A stretch of 40,897 nucleotides of DNA from a bacterium (GCA_044869275.1 JBIOXB010000207.1:1-40897), one strand, 5' to 3'. Shown: positions 25,818 through 35,565, numbered from the stretch's first letter. Numbers and translations are program-made. Notes: generated by a model not told the origin, from the sequence alone.

Positions 25818-27536
25818 TCACCGGGCGTTGCCACTCTCGGCAGTTGGTGTCCATTCAAAAACGACTCTCCCGCCCACGATGGTTAGCACGTTGCGCAGGC
25901 GGAACAAGCTTTCCTCCGGAGCCGTCATCGGGTCGCCGTTGAGCACGGCGAAATCCGCGAGCTTGCCCGCTTCAATCGAGCCTTTTTCATGTTCTTCAAA
26001 AGCAGCGTAGGCGCCCCAAATCGTGAGCGCGCGCAACGCCTCCGGCCGCGTCATTTTTAATTCGTCATGCCAGTCGGCATTGGAAAATCCCGTGGTATCT
26101 TTGCGCGCCACTGCGGCATAGAATTCGAGCATGGGATCGCCTTCTTCCACCGGGGCATCCGAGCCGCCGGGAATCACACAGCCGGAATCGAGCAGCGTGC
26201 GCCAGGCGTAGGCGCCGCTCAAGCGCGCCGGACCCAGGCGCCGCGGCGCGAAATGCAAATCCCCGATCGCGTGGCTCGGCTGCATGGAGGGAATCACGCC
26301 CAACTGGTAGAAGCGCGGCAGATCGCTGGGGTGAACGATTTGCGCGTGCTCGATGCGATGTCGTGGCGCACTGATTTTACGCAGGGCAACGGGCACTTCC
26401 TTTTGCGCCTGCTCGTAGAAATCGAGCGCTTTGCGATTCGCCGCATCGCCAATGGCATGGATCGCCATTTGAATGCCTTCCCGGGTCGCGGCTTTGACCA
26501 CGGGATAAATCTCCTCATCTCTAAAAAGAAAAAGGCCCTTGGTGTCGGCGTCGGAGTATTTCTCCAGCAATGCCGCGCCGCGCGAACCCAGCGCGCCGTC
26601 CGCGCTGATTTTGATGCAGCGAACCGTCAAATGCTTCTGGTACAATCCAATTTGCGGGCCGCTTTGCAGGAGGGCCTCCACGTCCGCGCCGGGCCCGCGC
26701 ACCATGCTGTAAATACGGATGCGCAGCTTGTCCTGGCCGTATAATTCTTTCCAGAGCTCGATGGTGTCCCGGCCTGAACCGGCATCGTGTATTGTCGTCC
26801 AGCCGTAGGCCAGCGCGACTTCGCTGGCCTTCAACGCATATTTTTCCTGCCAGGCCCGCGCGCCAGTGGGAAGGTGCTGCGTCACCAAACTCATCGCGCG
26901 ATCCACCAGCAATCCGTTCGGCTCGCCGTTGTCTTTCAGAATCTCGCCGCCGGGAGGATCGGCCGTGGCGCGGATGATCCCCGAGATTTCCAGCGCTTTC
27001 GAATTGACCACGGCCATATGGCCGTCGGCGCGATTCAAATACACGGGATGGTCAGCCACCATGGCATCGAGATCATGGCGCGTGGGGAATTTTTTCACCG
27101 GCCAATCTTCCTCCATCCAGCCACGGCCGGTGATCCATTCGCCGGCGGGTTTGTTCGCTGCCCAATGTTTGAGGCGGGTTTGAAAATCTTCCAGGGAGGT
27201 GCAACCGTCGAGATTCAAATCATACGCGCGTTTGCCCACGCTTTGAAAATGATAGTGGCTGTCGATCAATCCCGGCACCACGGTTTTACCGCCGAGATCA
27301 ATGACGCGCGTGTCCGGCCCGATCCAGGCGGCGATCTCCTCATTCGTTCCCACGCTGACGATGCGATCGCCTTTCACCGCTGCGGCCTGTGCCGTCGAAA
27401 AATTTGTGTCCACGGTGTAAATCGTGCCCTGATGCAGCACCAGATCAGCAAATTCTTTTGGCGAGCGGCAGGCAAAGGCCGCGGCGCCGAGAAGCAACGC
27501 CAGTGACATTCCCGGCATGATTGCAATGAGCTTCAT
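25818..27536 (-). CDS. Amidohydrolase family 3 (YtcJ-like), probable lipoprotein
   Basis: PGLIDSH.H, DGALGSRGAAL, HAIGD.AN, HRIEHAQ, GSDAPVE and G..E.GKLADF motifs; lipobox-like AFAC. Confidence 0.9.
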   Translation of the reverse strand: MKLIAIMPGMSLALLLGAAAFACRSPKEFADLVLHQGTIYTVDTNFSTAQAAAVKGDRIVSVGTNEEIAAWIGPDTRVIDLGGKTVVPGLIDSHYHFQSVGKRAYDLNLDGCTSLEDFQTRLKHWAANKPAGEWITGRGWMEEDWPVKKFPTRHDLDAMVADHPVYLNRADGHMAVVNSKALEISGIIRATADPPGGEILKDNGEPNGLLVDRAMSLVTQHLPTGARAWQEKYALKASEVALAYGWTTIHDAGSGRDTIELWKELYGQDKLRIRIYSMVRGPGADVEALLQSGPQIGLYQKHLTVRCIKISADGALGSRGAALLEKYSDADTKGLFLFRDEEIYPVVKAATREGIQMAIHAIGDAANRKALDFYEQAQKEVPVALRKISAPRHRIEHAQIVHPSDLPRFYQLGVIPSMQPSHAIGDLHFAPRRLGPARLSGAYAWRTLLDSGCVIPGGSDAPVEEGDPMLEFYAAVARKDTTGFSNADWHDELKMTRPEALRALTIWGAYAAFEEHEKGSIEAGKLADFAVLNGDPMTAPEESLFRLRNVLTIVGGRVVFEWTPTAESGNAR

Positions 27537-27800
27537 CCTTCTCTCCTTGTGAGTTCTTGGAATACACCCGGCTGAGTATCAAATACAAATTGGGATTCTG
27601 CTCATCTGGCAAAGCCAGTGCCGCGCAGGTTGCAGTCTTCAACTTGTCTCGAGCATGTCGTGCCGCTAAAGAGGCAAGAAAAAAGTAAAATCACAAGCAG
27701 GTTTTTCAGCAGCTCATCGAAAATCCGGCGGCAAGAACGAAAGATGGTCCCCATCCACCGTCGTTTAATGGCAGAAAGAAATGACCTCGGGGAAATTCCT

Positions 27801-27828
27801 TTGCATCTCACAGCGAAAATTGTATATT
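27801..27828 (+). promoter_or_regulatory. Putative sigma70-type promoter
   Basis: TTGCAT-16 nt-TATATT about 100 nt upstream of ATG 27932. Confidence 0.5.
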
Positions 27829-27931
27829 GATGCGCTGCAATAAACGAGATGAGATGTGAATCTACTTGGGCTATCGGGTTCAGAATAGTATTCTGAGAAT
27901 CTTTCTTTCGTTACTCGCCTCCTTTTCGCTC

Positions 27932-30820
27932 ATGCCGAAATCCGATCATCAAAAATTCGCAGCCGAGCTCAAACGCAAAATTCGCGGTGAAGTCCTCTTC
28001 GACCAAGTCTCGCGCTATCTTTACAGCACCGATGCCAGCCTTTATCAAATTGAACCCGTCGGCGTCGTATCTCCGCGCGACCAAGATGACGTGGTGCAAT
28101 GCATTCGCACCGCGGCAAAATACGGCATTGCAATTTTGCCCCGCGGCGGGGCCACCAGTCTCGCGGGACAGACGGTCGGGCAGGCGCTGGTATTGGATTG
28201 CACGAAATACATGAATGCCTTGCTCGAGGTCAATGCGGAAGAGCGCTGGGTGCGCGTCGAACCGGGCCTGGTGCGCGACGAGCTGAATGCCAAAATCAAA
28301 CACACCGGCTTGCATTTCACGCCCGACGTCGCCACTTCCAGCCGGGCGACGGTGGGCGGCATGATTGGGAACAACTCCGCGGGCACGCATTCTATTGTCT
28401 ACGGCAGAACCGTGGATCAAGTGATCTCACTGCGGGCGATACTCGCCGATGGTGAGCAGGTCGAGTTCAAAGAGGTGACGCCGGCGGAATATGAACAGAA
28501 ATGCGCGCAATCGAATCTCGAAGGGCAGATCTATCGCGAGACGCGGCGCTTGGTGCAAGAAAAAGCCGGGGAAATTCGCGCGCGCTTTCCCAAAGTCATG
28601 CGCCGTGCGGGCGGATACAATCTCGATCTGTTGCTTGACCAGAAGAATTGGAATCTCGCGAAAATCGTCACGGGCAGTGAAGGCACGCTCGCGTTCGTGA
28701 CCGAAGCCAAGGTGCGCCTGGAGCCTTTGCCCAAAGCGACCGGCATGCTGATCGCACATTTTCACGATATTTTTGAGGCGCTGGATGCGGTGGCGCCGAT
28801 CTTGCCGTTCCAACCGGCAGCGGTCGAGCTGCTCGACAGTCCGATCCTGCGCCTGGCCGCGCAAAATCTGGCGCTGCGCAAGCATTGCACGTTTGTCACC
28901 GGCGATCCCGCCGCGGTTTTGCTGATCGAATTTTTTGGCGAGGCGCCCGGGGAAATCGCGGAACGCGTGGTGCATGTTGAAAACGAAATGCGGCAAAAAC
29001 ATCGTGCGTATGCCTGCACGCGCGCGTTGACGGTCGAGGAGCAGGCGCGCGTCTGGCACGTTCGCAAAGCCGGCCTGGGTTTGCTCATGGGCATGAAAGG
29101 CGAACGCAAGCCGATCGAGTTCATCGAAGATGCCGCGGTCCCGGTCGCCGTCATGCCGCAATATCTGCGGGAAGTCGCAGATTTGATTCACCGGCACGAC
29201 CGCGAAGTGACGATGTACGCGCACGTCAGCGTCGGCTTGGTGCACGTGCGCACGCAACTTGATCTCAAGCAAGAAGAAGACGTCAAAATCATGCGCCGCA
29301 TTTCCGAGGGCGCGCTCGACCTGGTGCTGAAATACGGCGGCATGATGAGCGGCGAGCACGGCGACGGCTTGGTGCGCAGCTATCTCAATCCCAAATTTTT
29401 CGGCCCCCAGTTGTATCAAGCCTTTCGCGAGCTCAAACGCGCGTTCGATCCTCAGAGCCGGATGAATCCCGGCAAGATTGTTGATGCGCAAGGTATTGAG
29501 GAAAACTTGCGCCTCGGGCCGCACTATCACACGCGCCCGTTGCATACGCATTTTCATTTTCACGAAGACGGCGGGTTCGATCGCGCCGTGGAAATGTGCA
29601 CGGGCGTGGGCGAGTGCCGCAAAACGCTCGGGGGCACCATGTGCCCGTCTTACATGGTCACGCGCGAGGAGGAACATTCCACGCGCGGCCGCGCCAACGC
29701 CCTGCGCGCCGCCCTCACCGGTAAAATTTCTCTGCAGCAATTCACCAATCGGCGGCTTTATGAGGTATTTGATCTATGCCTGGCTTGTAAGGCGTGCAAG
29801 GCAGAATGCCCCTCCAATGTGGATATGGCAAAATTGAAATATGAGTTTCTGCAACATTACTACGACGAACATCGCGCCCCCCTTGCGACCGTCATGTTCT
29901 CACGGCCGGAAGTGCTGGGCAAGTGCGCTTCTCCGCTGGCCGGAGCCGTGAACCGATTGCTACAAAGCAAGGCCGTGCGTGCCGCGTTGCACGGCTTGCT
30001 CGGCATCGACTATCGCCGGGTGCTGCCGCTGTACGCGCGAGAAAACTTTACGCGCTGGTTCGAGCGGCATCAAGAGAACCACAGCGCGCTTGACGCCAGG
30101 CCGGCGGTGGTCTTGTTCAATGACACTTTCTTAACTTATCATGAGCCCGGGATTGGGATTTCCGCGGTGCGGGTTCTGGAAGCGCTGGGTTATCGCGTGC
30201 TTCTCGCGAACGCCGGCTGTTGCGGCCGCGCGCAGATCTCGAACGGTCTTTTGCGCGCGGCACGGCCGCGTGCCGAGGCCGTGGTTGAACATTTGGCCGG
30301 GTTTGTGGACCAGGGCCTGCAGATCGTCGGGTGCGAGCCGAGCTGTGTCTCGGCGGTGAAAGAGGATTACCCCGATTTTGTGCGCGACGTGAAAACGGCA
30401 AAACGCGTCGCGGACCATTTCTTTCTCATCGAAGAGTTCGTGCTGCAGGATCAGCATCGCAAAACCCTGGACGCCGCTTTTCGGCCGTTGCAGCGCGACG
30501 TGCTTTATCACGGCCATTGCCATCTGAAAGCCTTGTTCGGCACGGCTGCTTCCAAAGACGCGCTCGCGCAGGCCGCGGGGTGCACCGTCACCGAAGTCGA
30601 TTCCGGGTGCTGCGGCATGGCCGGAGCATTCGGGTATGAAAAAAAGCATTACGACATTTCGATGAAGATGGGCGCGCGGCGGCTCTTTCCCGCCGTGCAA
30701 GCCGTATCGGCTGACCATCATATCGTCGCCAATGGTTTCAGTTGCCGGCATCAAATCGAGCACGCTACCGGCCGCAAGGCACGGCATGCGGTCGAGGTTT
30801 TGGCCGAAGCGCTGAAATGA
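27932..30820 (+). CDS. FAD-binding (GlcD/Dld-like) oxidoreductase fused to 4Fe-4S and CCG domains
   Basis: YSTDASLY, PRGG.TSL.GQ, GSEGTL, GEHGDG, C.GVG.C..MCPSY, DLCLACKACK.ECP, CCGR, HGHCH and CCGMAG motifs. Confidence 0.92.
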   Translation: MPKSDHQKFAAELKRKIRGEVLFDQVSRYLYSTDASLYQIEPVGVVSPRDQDDVVQCIRTAAKYGIAILPRGGATSLAGQTVGQALVLDCTKYMNALLEVNAEERWVRVEPGLVRDELNAKIKHTGLHFTPDVATSSRATVGGMIGNNSAGTHSIVYGRTVDQVISLRAILADGEQVEFKEVTPAEYEQKCAQSNLEGQIYRETRRLVQEKAGEIRARFPKVMRRAGGYNLDLLLDQKNWNLAKIVTGSEGTLAFVTEAKVRLEPLPKATGMLIAHFHDIFEALDAVAPILPFQPAAVELLDSPILRLAAQNLALRKHCTFVTGDPAAVLLIEFFGEAPGEIAERVVHVENEMRQKHRAYACTRALTVEEQARVWHVRKAGLGLLMGMKGERKPIEFIEDAAVPVAVMPQYLREVADLIHRHDREVTMYAHVSVGLVHVRTQLDLKQEEDVKIMRRISEGALDLVLKYGGMMSGEHGDGLVRSYLNPKFFGPQLYQAFRELKRAFDPQSRMNPGKIVDAQGIEENLRLGPHYHTRPLHTHFHFHEDGGFDRAVEMCTGVGECRKTLGGTMCPSYMVTREEEHSTRGRANALRAALTGKISLQQFTNRRLYEVFDLCLACKACKAECPSNVDMAKLKYEFLQHYYDEHRAPLATVMFSRPEVLGKCASPLAGAVNRLLQSKAVRAALHGLLGIDYRRVLPLYARENFTRWFERHQENHSALDARPAVVLFNDTFLTYHEPGIGISAVRVLEALGYRVLLANAGCCGRAQISNGLLRAARPRAEAVVEHLAGFVDQGLQIVGCEPSCVSAVKEDYPDFVRDVKTAKRVADHFFLIEEFVLQDQHRKTLDAAFRPLQRDVLYHGHCHLKALFGTAASKDALAQAAGCTVTEVDSGCCGMAGAFGYEKKHYDISMKMGARRLFPAVQAVSADHHIVANGFSCRHQIEHATGRKARHAVEVLAEALK

Positions 30821-31980
30821 TTTCATTCAGGAGGAATCTTTTGAAGTACAGGGAGAAGCACCTGCTGGTGAGGAGCAGAACCCGAAAGGCTTTTGTACCG
30901 CTCTTGCTTGCCGGATTTTTCTGGACGCCGGCGGCAGCAGTTTTCGCCCAACCCCTTCGCGCGTTGTGGGGATATGAGCCGGACAGCCAGGCGACACCGC
31001 AGGAGGCAGCGGTAGCGTTGCAAGATTTCGGCGCCAACGCCGTATTCATGAACAACGCCTTGCCGCAATTGATCCAGGCCCTGCACGCTGCCGACATAAA
31101 AGTCTACACCACGCTGAATGTTTTCGGCGACAACTCCGTCTGGACGCGGCACCCCCAATTACGGCCGATCAACAGCAACGGCGATCCCTTGGCAGCAAAG
31201 GCAGGCAACGGCATTTGCCCGACGCAGCGCTGGTATTGGCCGCGTATTCTGCGGGCACTGCAGCAAAAAATGGATAGCGGCTACGACGGCGTCTGGCTGG
31301 ACTTTATCCGTTTCAGCGGCCATTGGGAGGAACGCCGGCCGCAATTACAATACACCTGCTTCTGCGATTCGACGCTCGCCGATTTTAGCCGCGTCACGGG
31401 CATCGCCATTCCCAGCGAGCTTGCCCAAGCTCCCCCGCCGGCAAAGGTGAACGAGAGCAGCACGGCCGCGCCGGCCCATCCACGCAATGCCGCGCAAGCG
31501 GCATGGATCTTATCCCATCACCGCCGCGAATGGCGCAATTATATCAGCGGTGTGATCACCAGTTTCGCGGCCAAAGCGAAAGCGCAACTGGCTGCCAAGC
31601 CGGCAATGGTGCTCGGCGCCTTCGTCGTGCCCTGGCAGCGCGACGAATTCGGCCTGGCCATGCTGGATCATTTCGGTCAGGATTATCGCAAATTACGCGA
31701 ACATATTGACATTTTCTCGCCAATGCTGTACCATGAATTATGCGGCCGCGACACCGAATGGGTGGCGCGTTTTGTGGATTACACCGCCGCCGAAACAAAA
31801 AGAACTGTGTTGCCGATCATTCAATGCGAATTGGGCCAGGAACATCGCGTCTCCGACGATGAATTCGCCGGTGCGATCCTCAATGCGCTCGACGCGCCCT
31901 CGCATGGCGTGATCATTTTCAATCATAAAGCATTGGTCGAAGCCAAGCAATTGCGTATTCTGAATTCCGCCTGGCAATGA
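30817..31980 (+). CDS. Exported putative glycoside hydrolase (GHL10/DUF187-like TIM barrel)
   Basis: ATGA overlap with the previous stop; signal-like segment; CP, YDGVWLDFIRF, CFC...L..F, GQDY..L and FSPMLYH motifs. Confidence 0.6.
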   Translation: MISFRRNLLKYREKHLLVRSRTRKAFVPLLLAGFFWTPAAAVFAQPLRALWGYEPDSQATPQEAAVALQDFGANAVFMNNALPQLIQALHAADIKVYTTLNVFGDNSVWTRHPQLRPINSNGDPLAAKAGNGICPTQRWYWPRILRALQQKMDSGYDGVWLDFIRFSGHWEERRPQLQYTCFCDSTLADFSRVTGIAIPSELAQAPPPAKVNESSTAAPAHPRNAAQAAWILSHHRREWRNYISGVITSFAAKAKAQLAAKPAMVLGAFVVPWQRDEFGLAMLDHFGQDYRKLREHIDIFSPMLYHELCGRDTEWVARFVDYTAAETKRTVLPIIQCELGQEHRVSDDEFAGAILNALDAPSHGVIIFNHKALVEAKQLRILNSAWQ

Positions 31981-32007
31981 GGCAAAACACATTTTCCAGT
32001 GCAGTCT

Positions 32008-32040
32008 TTACACGTTACACCTTTCACGTGTAACGTGTAA
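32008..32040. repeat. TTACACn palindromic intergenic element, copy 2
   Basis: ttacacgttacac-ctttcac-gtgtaacgtgtaa: perfect 13-bp inverted repeat. Confidence 0.9.
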
Positions 32041-32082
32041 TTTGGGATTCTTGTCGAGTTTGGCAAAGGAGGTGGATTTGTC

Positions 32083-32433
32083 ATGCGTTTTTTTAGTTTG
32101 GTTGTTGTGATGGCCGGGAGCATGCTCTTCAATTTTGCGCCGTGCCAGCAGACGGCGGAGCGCGGCAGCCGTTCGTTAGCTCCAGAAACTTCCGCCCAGG
32201 CCCAGGAAATTCTGGTGAAGTTCAAGGCGGCTGTGCCCGAAGACTCCATCAGCACCCTGGCCACGGCGGAGGGTTTGCAACACGTGCAAGATCTGAAAGG
32301 TATTGGCGTGCGTGTTTATCGCGTGCCGGCAGGCAGCAACGCGCAGGCAGTGCTCAAAAAACTGCAAGCCGACCCGAGGGTCGAATACGCCGAACCGAAT
32401 CTCGAGTACAAAATTCCGGAAAAGCAAAACTGA
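32083..32433 (+). CDS. Stand-alone subtilase propeptide-like protein (fervidolysin prodomain / I9-like), secreted
   Basis: GGAGGT RBS; hydrophobic N-terminus; EILVKFK ... LQADPRVEYAEPN, matching the prodomain of the next gene; no catalytic domain. Confidence 0.8.
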   Translation: MRFFSLVVVMAGSMLFNFAPCQQTAERGSRSLAPETSAQAQEILVKFKAAVPEDSISTLATAEGLQHVQDLKGIGVRVYRVPAGSNAQAVLKKLQADPRVEYAEPNLEYKIPEKQN

Positions 32434-32589
32434 CAACAGATGAGTGCGCCGTGAAGGTTCACTCACCCATCAAGCCGACTTCCGTTGCAGCGCACAAGAA
32501 TCACATGTTCATTTCGTGTCTATGCAACTGGTGAGGAACGGCACCAGCCGCCGCATCACAATTTCCAAATTTAACTGAAAGGAAGCATC

Positions 32590-34047
32590 ATGAGAAAATG
32601 GTGGAGTGTCATGGCGTTATTCCTGCTCGCGATGGTTTTCAGCGCGCAGGCGCCCCAAAAAGAGGAAAAGCCACTATTCGTGCCGGGTGAAGTCGTGGTC
32701 AAGTTGAAACCCCAAGCCGCCGAGGGCATAGTTCCGCTCGGAGGCACGACCAGGACGCGAGCAGAGGAACTGGCAGGTGAAATGAATCTAAAAGTGGTTC
32801 ATATCTCAACCGCATCACCTGCCGGGCAGAGAGGGCTAGCCGCGTCGGGCGCATCGCCAGCGGTAGAAGTGGTTGTTTTCAAAGACGACACCGGCAGAGA
32901 CATTCAACAATTGATCCAGACGCTAAAGGCCGATGCCCGCGTCGAATACGCCGAGCCGAATTACTTGTACTATGCTTTTGGCACGCCCAACGATCCGCAA
33001 TTCAGCCAGCTTTGGGGAATGCACAACACCGGCCAAAACGGCGGCACTGCGGACGCAGACATTGATGCACCCGAGGCCTGGGACGTCACCACCGGCGATG
33101 CGTCTATCCTCGTCGGCGTGATCGACACCGGCGTGGATTACAAGCATCCCGAACTGGCGCCGAATATGTGGACCAATCCCGGCGAGGATGCATGGACGGA
33201 TCCGAATAATCCCAACACCGGCAACGGCATTGACGACGACGGCAACGGTTATGTCGATGATTGGCGCGGCTGGGATTTCGTCAACAACGACAACGACCCC
33301 TTCGATGACAACGGCCACGGCACGCATGTCTCGGGCACAATTGGCGCCGTGGGAAACAACAGCGTGGGAGTGGCGGGGGTGAATTGGACCGTGAAAATCA
33401 TGCCGCTAAAGTTTTTGAGCGCCAGTGGCTCGGGCTCACTGGCTGCCGCCATTGACGCGATCACTTACGCCAATCACTTCGGCGTCAATATTACCAGCAA
33501 CAGTTGGGGCGGCGGCGGGCGTTCACAAGCGCTCGAAGACGCGATTGTAGCAGCGAATAATGCCGGTTCTTTGTTCGTTGCGGCCGCCGGCAACAATGGC
33601 ACGGATAACGATGCGACGCCGAATTATCCTTCCAACTACGATGTCCCGAACGTCGTGGCCGTAGCGGCCATCGATCGCAAGGGCGATTTGGCAAATTTCG
33701 GCTCTGGCGGAGGCGGCGGGATTTGTGGCTGCGTGGGAAACGTGGCGCCCTCGCCCGGCTCGAACTTCGGCGCGACAACGGTCGATCTGGCCGCGCCGGG
33801 CAAAGAGATTTTGAGCACGACCCCGAATAACGGCTATTCCACCTTTTCCGGCACTTCGATGGCGACGCCGCATGTTTCTGGCGTGGCTGCTTTGACGTTA
33901 GCGAAATTCAGCAGCCTGACCAGCGCGCAGCTCAAGCAGCGTTTGATGAATTCCGTGGACGCTCGCCCCAGTTTGCAGGGGAAGATGGTGACGGGCGGCT
34001 CGATCAACGCTTTCAAAGCCGTGAGCGCACCCTTGATGGCGCCGTAA
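32590..34047 (+). CDS. S8 subtilisin-like serine protease with signal peptide and prodomain
   Basis: Triad VIDTG / HGTHVSG / GTSMATP; oxyanion AAAGN; NGIDDDGNGYVDD loop. Confidence 0.95.
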   Translation: MRKWWSVMALFLLAMVFSAQAPQKEEKPLFVPGEVVVKLKPQAAEGIVPLGGTTRTRAEELAGEMNLKVVHISTASPAGQRGLAASGASPAVEVVVFKDDTGRDIQQLIQTLKADARVEYAEPNYLYYAFGTPNDPQFSQLWGMHNTGQNGGTADADIDAPEAWDVTTGDASILVGVIDTGVDYKHPELAPNMWTNPGEDAWTDPNNPNTGNGIDDDGNGYVDDWRGWDFVNNDNDPFDDNGHGTHVSGTIGAVGNNSVGVAGVNWTVKIMPLKFLSASGSGSLAAAIDAITYANHFGVNITSNSWGGGGRSQALEDAIVAANNAGSLFVAAAGNNGTDNDATPNYPSNYDVPNVVAVAAIDRKGDLANFGSGGGGGICGCVGNVAPSPGSNFGATTVDLAAPGKEILSTTPNNGYSTFSGTSMATPHVSGVAALTLAKFSSLTSAQLKQRLMNSVDARPSLQGKMVTGGSINAFKAVSAPLMAP

Positions 34048-34164
34048 TTGCCGTGCCCCGGCTCAAGTAGCGTGGCGGCTTTTCAGTGGTCAAAAAAGTG
34101 ATGAGCTTCCAGCTATTTTGCTTTCCAAGTTTTCGCTATTGGCATTCATTTGGGCGTCATAGAA

Positions 34165-34225
34165 AACCATGGACAGCTCAACGATTTCCGCTGGGCAAAT
34201 CAAAGCTGTCTGTGGTTCTTTTGTT
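34165..34225 (+). terminator. Long hairpin followed by a U-rich tract after the S8 gene
   Basis: aaccatggacagct ... agctgtctgtggtt (14 bp with G-U pairs), inner gattt/aaatc, then cttttgtt. Confidence 0.5.
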
Positions 34226-34570
34226 GCTTCAGGTTTTCCTCCCCCTTCTCACCACGGCCCGTCTATTGGCGCACTCGTCATGCTCTCGAGTTTGCTGCTG
34301 AATCTTGGAGTTTGAACGCTGATGGAAATCGAAAATCGCTTCATTCGACAGTCCCCTGCCGCGAGCTTTTTGCCCGCGCGCAGGAGCAGGTCGAAGTCGC
34401 TGGCCCCTTCTGGTTGGAAGAGGCAAAAGCGGTGCATGAGGGTTTTGGGGGAGAAGGGGTAGGAATTTTCGCTGGCGGCGAGAAGAATTGCCGCGTACCG
34501 GTGTCTTCACTTGATAAGGCAGTTTTGGATCGATTTTCCTTGGACGATTGAACCCGAGCGGGAGAAGGAA

Positions 34571-35479
34571 ATGCTCAAAAAGGCGCTGCTGGTGGGTATC
34601 AACAACTACCCATTGAAGCGGCTTGATTTGCGAGGCTGCGTCAACGATGTCATGCGGATGCAGGAAACCCTCGCTACGATTTTCGATTTCGCACAAGAAG
34701 ATATTCGCCTTCTGCTCGATCGCAATGCCACGCGCCAGAATCTCGTTGCGGGCTTGAAGTGGCTGGCCGAGGGCGGCTCGGAAAAGGCCGTGCGTGTGTT
34801 TCATTACGCCGGCCATGGCTGTTCCCTTCCCGATCGCAATGGCGAGGAGGAAGACGGCGCGGATGAAGCATTGGTGCCGTATGATTTCCAGCACAACCGC
34901 TTTTTAATCGACGACGCGCTCAAAAAGCTTTATCAACGCTTTCCGAAGGACGGCAATCTAACGCTCATCATGGACTGCTGCCATTCCGGCACGATCCAGC
35001 GCGATCCGATAGCGGATATTCGCTATCGTTTTATGCCGAATTCATACGAGCAACGCAAGGCGATCTCTGCCGCCAGCCGGAAATTCAAAGAAGAACAACG
35101 AGAATATGTTACAGCAGCGCTGGTAGATTTGCGCAGCAAAAAGATACCCGCCGAAGAATTCCAGCAACGCGTGCAGGATGCCATGCGCCGATTCGAAAAG
35201 CAGCGTTTTGGCGGCGATTTCAGTCTGCGGGAAGGCAACGTGCTGCTCGCCGCTTGCCACAGCGCGCAGCAAGCTGCCGACGCGAAATTCGGGCGCGATT
35301 ACCACGGCGCCTTTACATTTTTTCTCACCAAAATTCTGCGCGCGAAACAAGGCCGCATCACGCACCGCGAGCTGATCGAAAAAACTGCCGAGGCTCTGCA
35401 TGATCTCGATTTTCCCCAAATGCCGCAATTGGAATGCCAGCGCGGCCGGGAAAGGGCAAAACTGTTCTCGGCGTTTTAG
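34571..35479 (+). CDS. Caspase-family (C14B) metacaspase 1, 302 aa
   Basis: KALL.GIN.Y, LRGCVNDV, FHYAGHG (His), DCCHSG (Cys), E.DG.DEALVP.D, p10-like AAC...Q.AAD and GAFT; GAAGGA RBS. Confidence 0.93.
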   Translation: MLKKALLVGINNYPLKRLDLRGCVNDVMRMQETLATIFDFAQEDIRLLLDRNATRQNLVAGLKWLAEGGSEKAVRVFHYAGHGCSLPDRNGEEEDGADEALVPYDFQHNRFLIDDALKKLYQRFPKDGNLTLIMDCCHSGTIQRDPIADIRYRFMPNSYEQRKAISAASRKFKEEQREYVTAALVDLRSKKIPAEEFQQRVQDAMRRFEKQRFGGDFSLREGNVLLAACHSAQQAADAKFGRDYHGAFTFFLTKILRAKQGRITHRELIEKTAEALHDLDFPQMPQLECQRGRERAKLFSAF

Positions 35480-35532
35480 TCTACATTTGATCTTGCAGCT
35501 GTGCTTTCTTTCGAAGAACTCAAGAGTCTTTC

Positions 35533-35565
35533 TTACACTTTACACGTTAAACGTGTAAAGTGTAA
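35533..35565. repeat. TTACACn palindromic intergenic element, copy 3
   Basis: ttacactttacacgt-taa-acgtgtaaagtgtaa: perfect 15-bp inverted repeat between the two metacaspase genes. Confidence 0.9.

Noticed and set aside
34150..34551. 133-aa ORF as a real upstream gene of the metacaspase unit
   Set aside because: Weak start, first half runs through a terminator-like hairpin and has atypical composition; at most a remnant
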